From: Nanobdellota archaeon
GTDB taxonomy: Archaea; Nanobdellota; Nanobdellia; SCGC-AAA011-G17; PNOQ01
Assembly: GCA_018829185.1 (NCBI GenBank)
Contig: JAHJUI010000019.1
Coordinates: forward strand, 5,757 to 69,756
Direction: 5' to 3'
DNA length: 64,000 bases
The notes below the pieces were generated by a model, which was given only the letters and a program-made list of their open reading frames with translations, was not told where the DNA came from and did not search any database. Shown here one piece after another: positions 16,483-26,067 of this stretch. Each line of letters starts with the position of its first letter. Within the stretch, counting starts at the first letter, position 1. Made by a program: the position numbers and the translations under genes.

Positions 16483-17512
16483 AATAATCAAAATAAATCC
16501 TGAAAAACTAGAGATATCTAAGGTCAAGATAGCGGCAGAAACTTTGAGAAAAGGGGGACTAGTGGCCTTTCCTACTGAAACTGTTTATGGTCTTGGGGCA
16601 GATGCTTTAAACTCGGAAGCTATTAAAAAAATATTTGAAGCGAAGGGAAGACCTATAGATAATCCATTAATAGTTCATATTGCAGATAAAAAAGAAGTTT
16701 ATAGGTTAGCAAGGGAAGTTCCAAGAGAGGCAGAAAAATTAATTAATAAATTTTGGCCAGGTCCTTTGACTATTATTTTGAAAAAGTCTAATATTGTTTC
16801 AGATATTATAACTGCTGGTTTAGATTCTGTAGCAATCAGAATGCCTAATAATAAAATCGCTCTAACATTAATTAAAAAATCTAAAGTTCCCATAGTTGCT
16901 CCATCAGCAAATCTTTCTGGAAAACCAAGTCCTACAATGGCTGAACATGTAATACAAGATTTATATGGGAAGATTGAGATTATTATAGATGGTGGTGAAA
17001 CAGATATTGGTGTTGAATCTACTGTTCTTGATTTAACTACAAATCCTCCAACCTTATTAAGGCCAGGGGGAGTTGATTTAGAAAAACTAAAAAAGGTTTT
17101 AGGCAAAATTAAGATATATCCAATGGTTAAAGGAAAACAGATAAAGAAAATTGCTGTTAAATCGCCGGGAATGAAGTACAGGCATTATGCCCCAAATGCA
17201 AAAGTGATTTTAGTTGAGGGAAAATATGAACGAGTTAAAAATAAAATTCAAGAACTTACAGATAAATACAAGAAGAAAGGGAAAAAGATTGCTATAATGA
17301 CCACTAATAAAAACTATAATTATAAAACAGGTGTAATAAAATTTATCGGAAAAGATTGTGATGTAATTGCTAAAAATTTATTCAAAACTTTTCGGGAATT
17401 TGATAAAGAAAAAGTTGATTTAATTATTGCTGAAGGAGTTAGTGATAATGGGCTAGGGCTTGCTGTAATGAACAGATTGAGAAAAGCTTCCTATAAAATT
17501 ATATGTATCTAA
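16472..17512 (+). CDS. sua5: L-threonylcarbamoyladenylate synthase (Sua5/TsaC, YrdC domain plus Sua5 C-terminal domain)
   Basis: GGLVAFPTETVYGLGADA and the RPLTII..K...D pattern are YrdC-domain hallmarks. About 140 aa of Sua5-type C-terminal domain follow. Confidence 0.85.
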   Translation: MKTKIIKINPEKLEISKVKIAAETLRKGGLVAFPTETVYGLGADALNSEAIKKIFEAKGRPIDNPLIVHIADKKEVYRLAREVPREAEKLINKFWPGPLTIILKKSNIVSDIITAGLDSVAIRMPNNKIALTLIKKSKVPIVAPSANLSGKPSPTMAEHVIQDLYGKIEIIIDGGETDIGVESTVLDLTTNPPTLLRPGGVDLEKLKKVLGKIKIYPMVKGKQIKKIAVKSPGMKYRHYAPNAKVILVEGKYERVKNKIQELTDKYKKKGKKIAIMTTNKNYNYKTGVIKFIGKDCDVIAKNLFKTFREFDKEKVDLIIAEGVSDNGLGLAVMNRLRKASYKIICI

Positions 17513-17547
17513 AATAAATATAGGGGTGTTAAATATTAATATGCAAA

Positions 17548-18426
17548 ATGAAAAAACATAAAATTTTATACACATCAGATATTCATGGAAATGAAGTTCA
17601 ATATTCAAAACTCATACAATATGCTATAAAGGTATCTGCGGACAGCATTATCATTGGGGGAGATATTGCTCCTAAAGGTGGGGCTATTGAAGATTATATT
17701 GAATATCAGAGAAATTTTTTAGAATATCGTTTACCAGAAATGCTACAACCCTTAAAAAAATATTTACCAAATTCTAACTTGTTTTTAATGATGGGAAACG
17801 ATGATTGTGCAGCTAATATGGATGTATTAGAAAATAGCAAATTGTTTAAAGTTATCCATAATAAAAGAATAAAATTAACAGAAGATTTTGAAATAGTGGG
17901 TTATTCTTTTGTACCAATTACCCCATTTGGAATAAAAGATTGGGAAAAATATGATTTAAGCAAAGTTCCAGCGACTTTGAAGAAAAAATATGCTGAAAGA
18001 AAATTAACAAATTATCGGCTTAATGGAATTAAGAGTATCAAAACCAGATGGAAAATATTTCAGTTTGATTCAGGCATGGAAGTACAAGATTCTATTCAAA
18101 AAGATTTGTCAAGAAAAATATTCAGTAAAAATCCTAAGAAAACTGTTTACATTATCCATTCTCCCCCAGATAATACTAAATTAGATATTGTATCAAATAG
18201 AAATCATGTGGGAAGTATGGCGGTAAGATTGTTCATTGAAAAAGAACAACCATATTTAACTTTACATGGACATATTCATGAGACTGTCGATATTTCTGGC
18301 ACTTTTAAACATAATATCAAAAACACTTTATGTTTAACTTCTGGAAATCATAATGTTGGCGAGCAATTGGCAGTATTAGTTTTTGATTTATATAATCCTC
18401 AAGATGTAAGAAGAATAATTATTTGA
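17548..18426 (+). CDS. calcineurin-like metallophosphoesterase
   Basis: ILYTSDIHGN, IIGGDIAPKG, MMGNDDC, IIHSPP and LHGHIHE are the MPE metal-ligand motifs. Confidence 0.7.
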   Translation: MKKHKILYTSDIHGNEVQYSKLIQYAIKVSADSIIIGGDIAPKGGAIEDYIEYQRNFLEYRLPEMLQPLKKYLPNSNLFLMMGNDDCAANMDVLENSKLFKVIHNKRIKLTEDFEIVGYSFVPITPFGIKDWEKYDLSKVPATLKKKYAERKLTNYRLNGIKSIKTRWKIFQFDSGMEVQDSIQKDLSRKIFSKNPKKTVYIIHSPPDNTKLDIVSNRNHVGSMAVRLFIEKEQPYLTLHGHIHETVDISGTFKHNIKNTLCLTSGNHNVGEQLAVLVFDLYNPQDVRRIII

Positions 18427-18539
18427 TAAAACAGAAAAATTTGCGTGTAATGAAATGAAACCTTTTATCCTAGGTTATGCGAAATTTTAATTTCGTGAGT
18501 TTTTTCTTGGTCGGATAAAAGAAGTTTTTCTGTGAGGAC

Positions 18540-18700
18540 AAAGTCCGAGACTATCTATCACGAAGTGATTAAGGCGGCTCACTTATTTTTTACAACAATT
18601 TCTACAATTTAGGGGCGGGTGGTCGGGGGTTTTAAAGTGTCCTCTCCTATATTTCGTTTTTTTCTTTAAAGTTAGAGAATTTGCAATTGTAACTAACAAG
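18540..18700. repeat. inverted, truncated copy of repeat B plus the terminal TGTTAGTT of module A (aactaaca at 18691-18698)
   Basis: Reverse complement reads ttgttagttacaattgcaaattctct...gagaggacacttta...agaaattgttgt...gtgagccgcc, collinear with 13788-13990. It lies 45 bp upstream of the tyrosine recombinase start. Confidence 0.45.
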
Positions 18701-18743
18701 TTATATAGATAAATTTATATATAATTTAGTTATATAAGGATGT

Positions 18744-19562
18744 ATGGACGAACTTGAGATGTTAAAGGTTGAATTAGACTATCGAGGATTTAGTAACAAA
18801 ACTAAGAAATCTTATACTTTCTTTGTGCATGATTTTCTAAAATATATAAAAAAGGAACCTTCTGATATCAATAAGGACGATATTAAAAATTATATCTCCC
18901 ACTTAATCACAAAGAAAGGATACACTAATATTACTGCAAACTTAGCAATAAGTTCTTTAAAATTCTTTTTTAGTAAAGTTCTAGAAAAGACTATTTGTGA
19001 TAAAATTGAAAGGCCAAAAAGAGAGAAAAATTTACCAAGTGTTTTGTCAAAAGAAGAAGTTAAAAGAATTATAGATTCCGGTAATAATATAAAACATAAA
19101 CTTGTTTTAAAATGTTTATATGGAATGGGTTTAAGAGTCTCTGAGTTAATTGATCTAAAAGTTAATGATTTAGAATTTGATAGAAATATGGCTAAAATTT
19201 CTTCTGGAAAAGGGAATAAACAAAGGTACGTTATGCTGTCTGGAATATTGAAATCTGATTTAATGAAATATATTGAATTGCAAAAACCTGAAAAATATTT
19301 GTTTTCCGGAAGAAAAGGAAAATATAGTGTAAAATCTATACAAAAAATATTTGAAAATGCTGCTAAAAAAGCTAAAATAAAGAAAAAAGCTAGCTGTCAT
19401 ACGTTAAGGCATTCTTTTGCTACCCATTTATTAGAAAATGGAACTGACATTAGATACATTCAAAAATTGCTTGGACATTCTAGATTACAAACTACTCAGA
19501 TTTATACACATGTAGCAGATAGTAAACTAAAAAATATTAAAAGCCCATTAGATGATTTATAA
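18744..19562 (+). CDS. tyrosine site-specific recombinase, XerA/XerCD-like
   Basis: C-terminal catalytic box HTLRHSFATHLLENGTDIRYIQKLLGHSRLQTTQIYTHV (R..H..R/H..Y) with the N-terminal core-binding domain. At 272 aa it is Xer-sized, with no obvious IntI-type extra domain. Confidence 0.8.
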   Translation: MDELEMLKVELDYRGFSNKTKKSYTFFVHDFLKYIKKEPSDINKDDIKNYISHLITKKGYTNITANLAISSLKFFFSKVLEKTICDKIERPKREKNLPSVLSKEEVKRIIDSGNNIKHKLVLKCLYGMGLRVSELIDLKVNDLEFDRNMAKISSGKGNKQRYVMLSGILKSDLMKYIELQKPEKYLFSGRKGKYSVKSIQKIFENAAKKAKIKKKASCHTLRHSFATHLLENGTDIRYIQKLLGHSRLQTTQIYTHVADSKLKNIKSPLDDL

Positions 19563-19607
19563 TTTCATCATTGTGACAAGTGCGCACGCAGAGTTTATAA
19601 AGTCTTT

Positions 19608-20645
19608 TTGCTTATTATCTATATGTATTTTCCTATTGAGCCAAAAATCAATTTAGAAAATTATCTTAATTTATTAATTGATGATAAAATAGACAACAGA
19701 ACAAATTGTCCTATCTGTATTGATGGTATTTCTGAGATTTTAGATAAAATCTATAAAGATTTGAAAGAAAATTATGGGGGTTATTTTCAGAAACTTTTAA
19801 AAAAACATGGATTAATGGGGCTTTATAGTTGGAAAGTTGATAGATATCCTATTCCTATTAGAAAATTAAAAATTCTTTTAAAATTGTGGAAAGAAATTTG
19901 TAAAAAATCTGAAAAAGAATGTGAAGAGTTATATAATAAAATATTTCAAAAAGCTGATTACTTTAGATTATTTAAATCACCATTAAGAATAAAATCTATT
20001 AAAATCTTAGACTCTAAACTGGCTTATTTGATGGGGGTTATCTATGCAGATGGTTCATTAAGAGATATTTGGAGGACACAAAGGAATGAAAAAAGATTTA
20101 GATTTGAATTTTCAATTGTGGATTCCGATAAAGAAAATTTAGAAAGTATAATTAAAATTTTGAATGAAAAATTTAGTATAAAAACTAATGTTAAAAGTGT
20201 ATATGATGGAAGATGGTATCGAATTTTATTTAGTAGTAATGTTTTTCATAGATTTTTAAATAAAGTTTTTGAGATGCCTTATGGGTACAAGAAAGGCAAA
20301 TTAAAAATTCCTGAAATAATAGAAGATTCCCCATTAATTATAAAGAAATATTTTTTGATTGGTTTCATGGATGGTGATGGAACTTGTATACAAAATATTA
20401 AAAGCAAAAATTCTAATTGTGTATCTATTTCTCAATCTAGTACTGAAATCTTATTAGACTTAAAGAAAATTTTAGCAGAGTTGGGATTCAGTTTCAATCT
20501 ATATAAAAAAACTAGGGATAAACATATTTGGTATGTTTTAGAAACAAAAGATAAAAAACAAATTAGAAAATTTTATGAAAAAGTTGGGTTTTTGTATCCA
20601 ACAAAAGCAAGGAAATTAGAATATGTTGTTAAAAATTTAATCTAA
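19608..20645 (+). CDS. free-standing double-motif LAGLIDADG homing endonuclease-like protein
   Basis: LAYLMGVIYADGSL and FLIGFMDGDGTC are two LAGLIDADG motifs about 100 aa apart. No extein or intron context. The true start may be downstream of 19608. Confidence 0.7.
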   Translation: MLIIYMYFPIEPKINLENYLNLLIDDKIDNRTNCPICIDGISEILDKIYKDLKENYGGYFQKLLKKHGLMGLYSWKVDRYPIPIRKLKILLKLWKEICKKSEKECEELYNKIFQKADYFRLFKSPLRIKSIKILDSKLAYLMGVIYADGSLRDIWRTQRNEKRFRFEFSIVDSDKENLESIIKILNEKFSIKTNVKSVYDGRWYRILFSSNVFHRFLNKVFEMPYGYKKGKLKIPEIIEDSPLIIKKYFLIGFMDGDGTCIQNIKSKNSNCVSISQSSTEILLDLKKILAELGFSFNLYKKTRDKHIWYVLETKDKKQIRKFYEKVGFLYPTKARKLEYVVKNLI

Positions 20646-21725
20646 AAACTCTTTTTTCTTAATCTTCTCAGGTAAATATTTTTCAGAAATAAAACTTATT
20701 CCTTTTGAGCTTAATGCTTGTATTTCCACTTTAGCTTTAAATTCTTTTAACATTTTAAATTGCCTCTGCCATGCTTTATTATTTTTAAACCATTGGTAAT
20801 TAGAAATTTGTTTTAGTCTTTTTAAATCCTTTTCATTCATTTTAATAAAATGTTTTTCTAAACCATAATTTGTTACATCATCTGCAGTTATTCCTAAAAA
20901 TTTAACTCCTGGTATTGTTAGCCTTTCAGAAGCATGAGCTAATGCAATTGAACCATATTTAATAACAGAGTAAATATAAATCCCCCATGGATCTAAATCA
21001 GTAAGAACATAAATTGGTAATTTCTCCTCTTCAGATAATCTTTGCAATAATCTTCTTATCCCCCTTGTTGTTTGGCCTTGCGAAGTAACTAAAATGCAAT
21101 TATTTTTCTCCCAGAACTTATCTTCTACTAATCTTTCAAATATTGATGCTTTTTCCATATAAATGATGTATTTTGCATTAACTTTTTTAAATTCAATTTC
21201 ATCTGTGATAGAAGGAATAGACCAACCACCCCTTCCTAGTTTAGACCAATCAATTGCGTCTTCTCCATCTTTGATTATTACTTTTCCAACTACACTGCCC
21301 ATTTTATTTGCAGAGGTATGTAATTGTTCTCTTGAAAGCCCAGTAATAACTTCTAGGTCTTCTATTGCTTTGTCAGATTCTACTTGATCATCTACTAAGT
21401 TAATATTAGTTTTAGGGATAGTTCTCTTAGCCATATAAAAAATTCCTCTTAAATGTTCATGTTTTCCAGTATCAATAAGTTCTTTTTTGATAATTTTTGC
21501 TATTTCAACTGTTTGTAAGAATTTCTTTGCTTGGCCAGTATGAAAGAATTCTCTTGTGCTTTCTTTATTTCCGAGTTTTAATGTATTGCTTTTTTTATCA
21601 TAAACTATGTTATTGATTGTTCTCTGCGGAACTTTCATCTTGGGATTTTTGCCTTTTTTGATTTGACTAACTAAGTCTTTTCCTAAATTTTGTAATTCTT
21701 TTGAGGATTTATTCTTCTTTTCCAT
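20637..21725 (-). CDS. top6A: DNA topoisomerase VI subunit A (Spo11-like)
   Basis: Toprim VLTDLDPWGIYIYSV (DxD), a winged-helix region with the catalytic-Tyr context, and a length of about 360 aa. Confidence 0.85.
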   Translation of the reverse strand: MEKKNKSSKELQNLGKDLVSQIKKGKNPKMKVPQRTINNIVYDKKSNTLKLGNKESTREFFHTGQAKKFLQTVEIAKIIKKELIDTGKHEHLRGIFYMAKRTIPKTNINLVDDQVESDKAIEDLEVITGLSREQLHTSANKMGSVVGKVIIKDGEDAIDWSKLGRGGWSIPSITDEIEFKKVNAKYIIYMEKASIFERLVEDKFWEKNNCILVTSQGQTTRGIRRLLQRLSEEEKLPIYVLTDLDPWGIYIYSVIKYGSIALAHASERLTIPGVKFLGITADDVTNYGLEKHFIKMNEKDLKRLKQISNYQWFKNNKAWQRQFKMLKEFKAKVEIQALSSKGISFISEKYLPEKIKKKEFLD

Positions 21726-23307
21726 TTTCTTTTAAAAGTGAGCTCATGTTTTTCTTTAATAGTTTATTAAGTTTATCTTCTATTTCTGTTTTTTTCTCTC
21801 CACTTAATCCTGCTAATGAACTAGCTAGTTCTGGAATATACCTCTCAAATAAATTTATTCTTTCTTTTTCTTGCTTAGCTCTAATATTTTTTCTTAAATA
21901 TTTTCCAAGTTGTCTACCGCATTCTTGGACTGCTAACCTAATTTCTTTGATTATTTCCGGATAATGTGCAATTGCTTCTTTACTTTCTGATGTAAATGGT
22001 ACCCAAACAGATGCTATGTGTACTGCAATTACTAATGGACCATTGGGTAAATTTCTTCCTGATTGTTGTAAATTATACGCTTTCCAATTTGTTGCTCCGA
22101 CTGATTTTGCTATTGCCCCTGCAGATTGTTGATATAATAATGGAACCCTATTTGCAAACCTCATTAATCTTGCTGGACCCTCTTTGTCTAGATTTCCACC
22201 ATAAGCTAAACAACACTCTATTTGGAATGGAAAGCCTCTGTAAACTGCTGGAGGTCTTGTTATTGAAACATAAAATTCAGCATCAATCTCTTTTTTCAAA
22301 CCTTTTTCCAATAAACTTGCAGATATTGGAGAAAGACAATCTGTTGGAGGGGCAACAAACTTTATTTTTTGTATTGCTTGGAATAAATTTTCTGCTTCTT
22401 GCCTGGCTATTCTTTTTGGTCTTGAACTTGGTTGAAGTTTTGCTTCTTCGCAAACCTCTTTTGCTTTTATTGCTCCAACTCTACAAAATTCAGTTTGTAA
22501 GAAACTTTGCAAGGTTCTTGCATTTGTTCCCTTAAGCATTCTGATAAGAATTCCTAATTCTACTCCTAATGGGTGTGGTTTAATCTGCTTTGGCTCAATT
22601 GGTAAAAGATTCGTGGCTCTTGGAAATTCTACTTTTTCTTCTTCTGGACCTTTATAAGTTATTAAAATGTGGGGATTTGCAATTGCTGTTTGTTTTAAAT
22701 ATTCGAAAACACCTTGTTTTCCTTTTTGATATTTTGCTTCTAATTCTAGTTCTACTTTTGTTCCGTGGTCTTTTTCCCATTCAATTATTTCTTCTTTTAC
22801 TATTTCTGGTTCATTTCTTTGGGTATCTATATGAAGTTCATAATAATGTGCCGGTTTTTTAGGGTCTATTTTAGAAATAATTTTTGTTGGCTTTCCCGTT
22901 GTTAATTGTGCATATAAAACTGAAGCCGAAACCCCAATTCCTTGTTGGCCCCTAGCCATTTTCAATTTGAAAAATTTTGAACCGTATAATAATTTTGCAA
23001 ATATTTTTGGAATCTGTTCTTTTACAATTCCTGGACCATTATCTTCTACTGTTATTCTGAATCTTGTTTCTGCTAATTGTTCTATTGTAACATTTATTTC
23101 TGGGAGGACGTGCATCTCTTCTGATGCATCTGCTGCATTATCTACAAGTTCTTTTACTGTTGTTAACAATGCTCTAACTGGATTATCAAATCCTAGTAAA
23201 TGCCTGTTTTTTTCAAAGAAAGAAGATATAGAGATTTCTCTTTGATCTTTTGCAAGTTCTTCTGCCCTGATTGTTTTTGTGTCTGTAAGTTTTTTTTGCA
23301 TTCTCAA
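21709..23307 (-). CDS. top6B: DNA topoisomerase VI subunit B (GHKL ATPase)
   Basis: Bergerat-fold motifs ELVDNAADA (N box) and DNGPGI (G1), GxG..G, and a transducer domain. Its stop overlaps the top6A start. Confidence 0.85.
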   Translation of the reverse strand: MRMQKKLTDTKTIRAEELAKDQREISISSFFEKNRHLLGFDNPVRALLTTVKELVDNAADASEEMHVLPEINVTIEQLAETRFRITVEDNGPGIVKEQIPKIFAKLLYGSKFFKLKMARGQQGIGVSASVLYAQLTTGKPTKIISKIDPKKPAHYYELHIDTQRNEPEIVKEEIIEWEKDHGTKVELELEAKYQKGKQGVFEYLKQTAIANPHILITYKGPEEEKVEFPRATNLLPIEPKQIKPHPLGVELGILIRMLKGTNARTLQSFLQTEFCRVGAIKAKEVCEEAKLQPSSRPKRIARQEAENLFQAIQKIKFVAPPTDCLSPISASLLEKGLKKEIDAEFYVSITRPPAVYRGFPFQIECCLAYGGNLDKEGPARLMRFANRVPLLYQQSAGAIAKSVGATNWKAYNLQQSGRNLPNGPLVIAVHIASVWVPFTSESKEAIAHYPEIIKEIRLAVQECGRQLGKYLRKNIRAKQEKERINLFERYIPELASSLAGLSGEKKTEIEDKLNKLLKKNMSSLLKENGKEE

Positions 23308-23403
23308 TTGAATTTTCTATGTAGTTTATAAATTTTATTGGTTTGTAGAAATCAAAAGCTTTAAATAATTAACAGGCTTTTTCAACTTAAGGAGGTTATT
23401 AAA

Positions 23404-23958
23404 ATGGATTTATGGTTATGGATTGCAATTGCTGTTGTGGTTGTATTTTTACTATGGCTTTGGGGAATGTATAATCGTTTGATTAGATTAAAAAATAGAG
23501 TTGAAAACGGTTGGAGCCAAATTGATGTACAGTTAAAAAGACGTGCTGATTTAATACCTAATTTGGTGAAAACTGTTAAGGGTTATGTAAAACATGAAAA
23601 AACTGTTTTGGAGAATGTTACAAAAGCTAGATCTGCTTTGGTTAGTGCTAAAAACGTTCCAAGTAAAGCAAAGGCAGAAAATCAACTTACTGGCGCATTA
23701 AAAACTTTATTTGCTGTTGCAGAAGCTTATCCTGATTTGAAAGCTAATGAAAATTTTAAGATGTTACAAGAGGAATTAGCTGGAACAGAGAATAAAATAT
23801 CTTACGCTAGACAGTTTTACAATGATACGGTAATGAGGTTTAATCAGACTATTGAAGTTTTTCCAACAAAGATGTTTGCTAAAAACTTAGGTTTTGGTAG
23901 AAAGCCATTCTTTGAAACTAAAGGGAAAGATAGAGAAGTTGTAAAAGTAGATTTGTAA
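23404..23958 (+). CDS. lemA: LemA family protein
   Basis: N-terminal TM helix followed by YNRLIRLKNRVENGWSQIDVQLKRRADLIPNLV, the LemA signature. Confidence 0.8.
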   Translation: MDLWLWIAIAVVVVFLLWLWGMYNRLIRLKNRVENGWSQIDVQLKRRADLIPNLVKTVKGYVKHEKTVLENVTKARSALVSAKNVPSKAKAENQLTGALKTLFAVAEAYPDLKANENFKMLQEELAGTENKISYARQFYNDTVMRFNQTIEVFPTKMFAKNLGFGRKPFFETKGKDREVVKVDL

Positions 23959-23959
23959 A

Positions 23960-24871
23960 ATGGTTGATATGTTTGATCAAATAGCAAGCAATAAACGTAT
24001 GACTTTCTTTTTATTTTTTATTTTTAGTCTGCTGATACTTATTTTGGGCTTTGTTATTGGTCTGATTTGGGGTAGTTGGATAGTTGGAATAGTCTTTGCT
24101 GTTGTTTTTTCTGTGATTTATGGTTTTATTAGTTATTATTCAGGTGATAAAGCTATTTTAAGTTTGAGTAAAGCTAAAGAAGTTAGCAAAAAGGATGATC
24201 CATTTTTAGTTAATACAGTCGAAGGTTTGGCAATAGCTGCTGGTTTGCCTCAACCTAAAGTTTATGTTATAAAAGAAGATAGTATAAATGCTTTTGCAAC
24301 TGGCCGCGATCCCCAACATGCTACAATAACTGTTACTTCTGGTGCTAGAGAGAAATTAAACAGGCAAGAGCTAGAAGGAGTTATTGCCCATGAGATGAGT
24401 CATATTAAAAATAGAGATATTTTAGTTATGATGCTTTCTGTTATGTTGTTCGGTTTGATTGTACTTTTTAGCCAAGTTATGATTAGAAGTTTCATTTTTG
24501 GGGGTGGTCGAAATAGAAAAAGTTCTGGTGGTGGAGGAATTATTATTTTAATTGCTATTGCTGCTGCTATAATTGCTGCTATTTTAGCTCCTTTATTAGC
24601 CCAAATTGTTAAGTTTGCAATTTCTAGAAAAAGGGAGTATTTAGCAGATGCTAATGGTGCTTTGTTAACCAGGTATCCACTTGGATTAGCTAGTGCATTG
24701 AAAAAAATAAGGGATGATAAAGACAAAGTTGTTGATACTGCAAGCAGAGCAACCGCCTCCTTATATATTGAAAATCCATTGAGACATAAAAAAGAAATTA
24801 ATTTTCTTGATAGATTATATATGACTCATCCTGATATTAATGAAAGAATTAAAAAATTAGAAGCTATGTAA
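23960..24871 (+). CDS. htpX: HtpX-like M48 zinc metalloprotease (membrane)
   Basis: HEMSHIKNRD (HExxH), TM segments, a C-terminal E..L..HP pattern, and the common LemA-HtpX pairing. Confidence 0.8.
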   Translation: MVDMFDQIASNKRMTFFLFFIFSLLILILGFVIGLIWGSWIVGIVFAVVFSVIYGFISYYSGDKAILSLSKAKEVSKKDDPFLVNTVEGLAIAAGLPQPKVYVIKEDSINAFATGRDPQHATITVTSGAREKLNRQELEGVIAHEMSHIKNRDILVMMLSVMLFGLIVLFSQVMIRSFIFGGGRNRKSSGGGGIIILIAIAAAIIAAILAPLLAQIVKFAISRKREYLADANGALLTRYPLGLASALKKIRDDKDKVVDTASRATASLYIENPLRHKKEINFLDRLYMTHPDINERIKKLEAM

Positions 24872-25394
24872 GTTTTTCTTCTTTTTGTTTTTCTAACCAA
24901 ATGTAAACATTTCCGTGTTTTGCGCCTTGGAGTAGTCGTTCAACGGCTTGTTTTGCAAGAATAACATTTAATGCTTCTCCTATAATACAAACTGTTTTAC
25001 CGTAAATTACAATTTCTGTGTCGGTTAAGGTTTCTAATGTTGTTCTGGCTTTACCTTTTGTTCCTATTAATCTTGCTTTTTGTCTCTGTACTGTGTTTTT
25101 TGATTTTCCTACAACATCTGTGATTATAATTATTTCAAATCCATAACCTTCATTCAATAAATTTAATGCTTTATCTGGATTAAATCCTCTTGCTATTGCT
25201 TTTATTATATGTGTTGTTAAGTAAACTTGATAAGAATCTTTCCCTTCTATTGTAACTACTCCTTCTTTAGAGTCTATTGTTAATTTTGTTTGTGTTTCTT
25301 TTTCTACTTGTCTCTTAGTTCTACCTTTTTCTCCTATTAAAACAGCTACTCTCTCCTTGGGAATTTTTACAATTTCCATTTTAGAATTCATCAA
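24864..25394 (-). CDS. KH-domain RNA-binding protein (two KH modules, Dim2/Pno1-like)
   Basis: Two VxIPxxxVxxLIGxKG-like KH cores: IPKERVAVLIGEKGRTK and KARLIGTKGKART. Confidence 0.55.
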   Translation of the reverse strand: MMNSKMEIVKIPKERVAVLIGEKGRTKRQVEKETQTKLTIDSKEGVVTIEGKDSYQVYLTTHIIKAIARGFNPDKALNLLNEGYGFEIIIITDVVGKSKNTVQRQKARLIGTKGKARTTLETLTDTEIVIYGKTVCIIGEALNVILAKQAVERLLQGAKHGNVYIWLEKQKEEKLT

Positions 25395-25734
25395 ATTCAG
25401 ATAATTTTTTTAAGTGACCTTGTTTTTTTAACCATTCCATTTGTGTTGGATTGTATTTATATATGACGTCTCCTTTGGTATTATCTAATTCCCATGGTTC
25501 AATCATTACTATATTATTTTCTCTTACCCATAAAGACCTTTTTAATCTTCCAGGGATTCTGCAAATTCTTGTTTTTCCATCTGAACATGCAACTGACATC
25601 CTTGAAGAACCTAATCTTTGTTTTACAATGCCTAAAAATTGATTTTCTCTTGGTAACCTAACTCTTACAAATGTTGGTTGTTCTGGTTGATTCTTCTTTT
25701 TTTTTATTTTTTTTTGTGGTTTTTTATAAGGCAT
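25381..25734 (-). CDS. eif1a: translation initiation factor 1A (aIF-1A)
   Basis: S1-like OB region RLPRENQFLGIVKQRLGSSRMSVACSDGKTRICRIPGRLKRSLWVRENNIVMIEPW matches the eIF-1A family. Confidence 0.85.
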   Translation of the reverse strand: MPYKKPQKKIKKKKNQPEQPTFVRVRLPRENQFLGIVKQRLGSSRMSVACSDGKTRICRIPGRLKRSLWVRENNIVMIEPWELDNTKGDVIYKYNPTQMEWLKKQGHLKKLSEFDEF

Positions 25735-25767
25735 GTGAGAAATGAAGAATAATGTAGTTTTATAAAA

Positions 25768-26067
25768 CTATTGTTTAAGTCTGAAACAAATTGTTATCCT
25801 ATAAACGTTCTTGCTTGTTTGCCTATCTCTTGTATGCAATGTTTTTGTAACCTTTACTGTTCCGTTAAATTTCTTCTTTAATCGTTTTGTTAAAGTTACT
25901 GCAAATCTTTTTGAAGATAAATATAAGTTAATTCCTGTTTTTAGTTCTTCTTCTTTAACTATATTGCAATCTGAATTTTTTATTTGTTGTAATGCAAATT
26001 CTATTAATGTTTTGTTTATTGGTCTTAATTGTAGAATTGCTTCGTAATACATCTTAATTTCCTTCAT
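25768..26067 (-). CDS. hypothetical protein
   Basis: ORF track only; no motif recognised. Sits between aIF-1A and aIF-2beta. Confidence 0.3.
   Translation of the reverse strand: MKEIKMYYEAILQLRPINKTLIEFALQQIKNSDCNIVKEEELKTGINLYLSSKRFAVTLTKRLKKKFNGTVKVTKTLHTRDRQTSKNVYRITICFRLKQ

Noticed and set aside
18744-19562. Calling the tyrosine recombinase an integron integrase (IntI)
   Set aside because: At 272 aa it is Xer-sized and I cannot see the IntI-specific additional domain. It is on the same strand as, and 4.7 kb from, the nearest A module. Kept as XerA-like, with the integron idea only as a hypothesis to test.
21996-23245. Three plus-strand ORFs (179, 90 and 92 aa) inside the topo VI B gene
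   Set aside because: They are antisense to a well-supported conserved gene. Leu-rich low-complexity translations are typical of antisense reading of an AT-rich coding strand.
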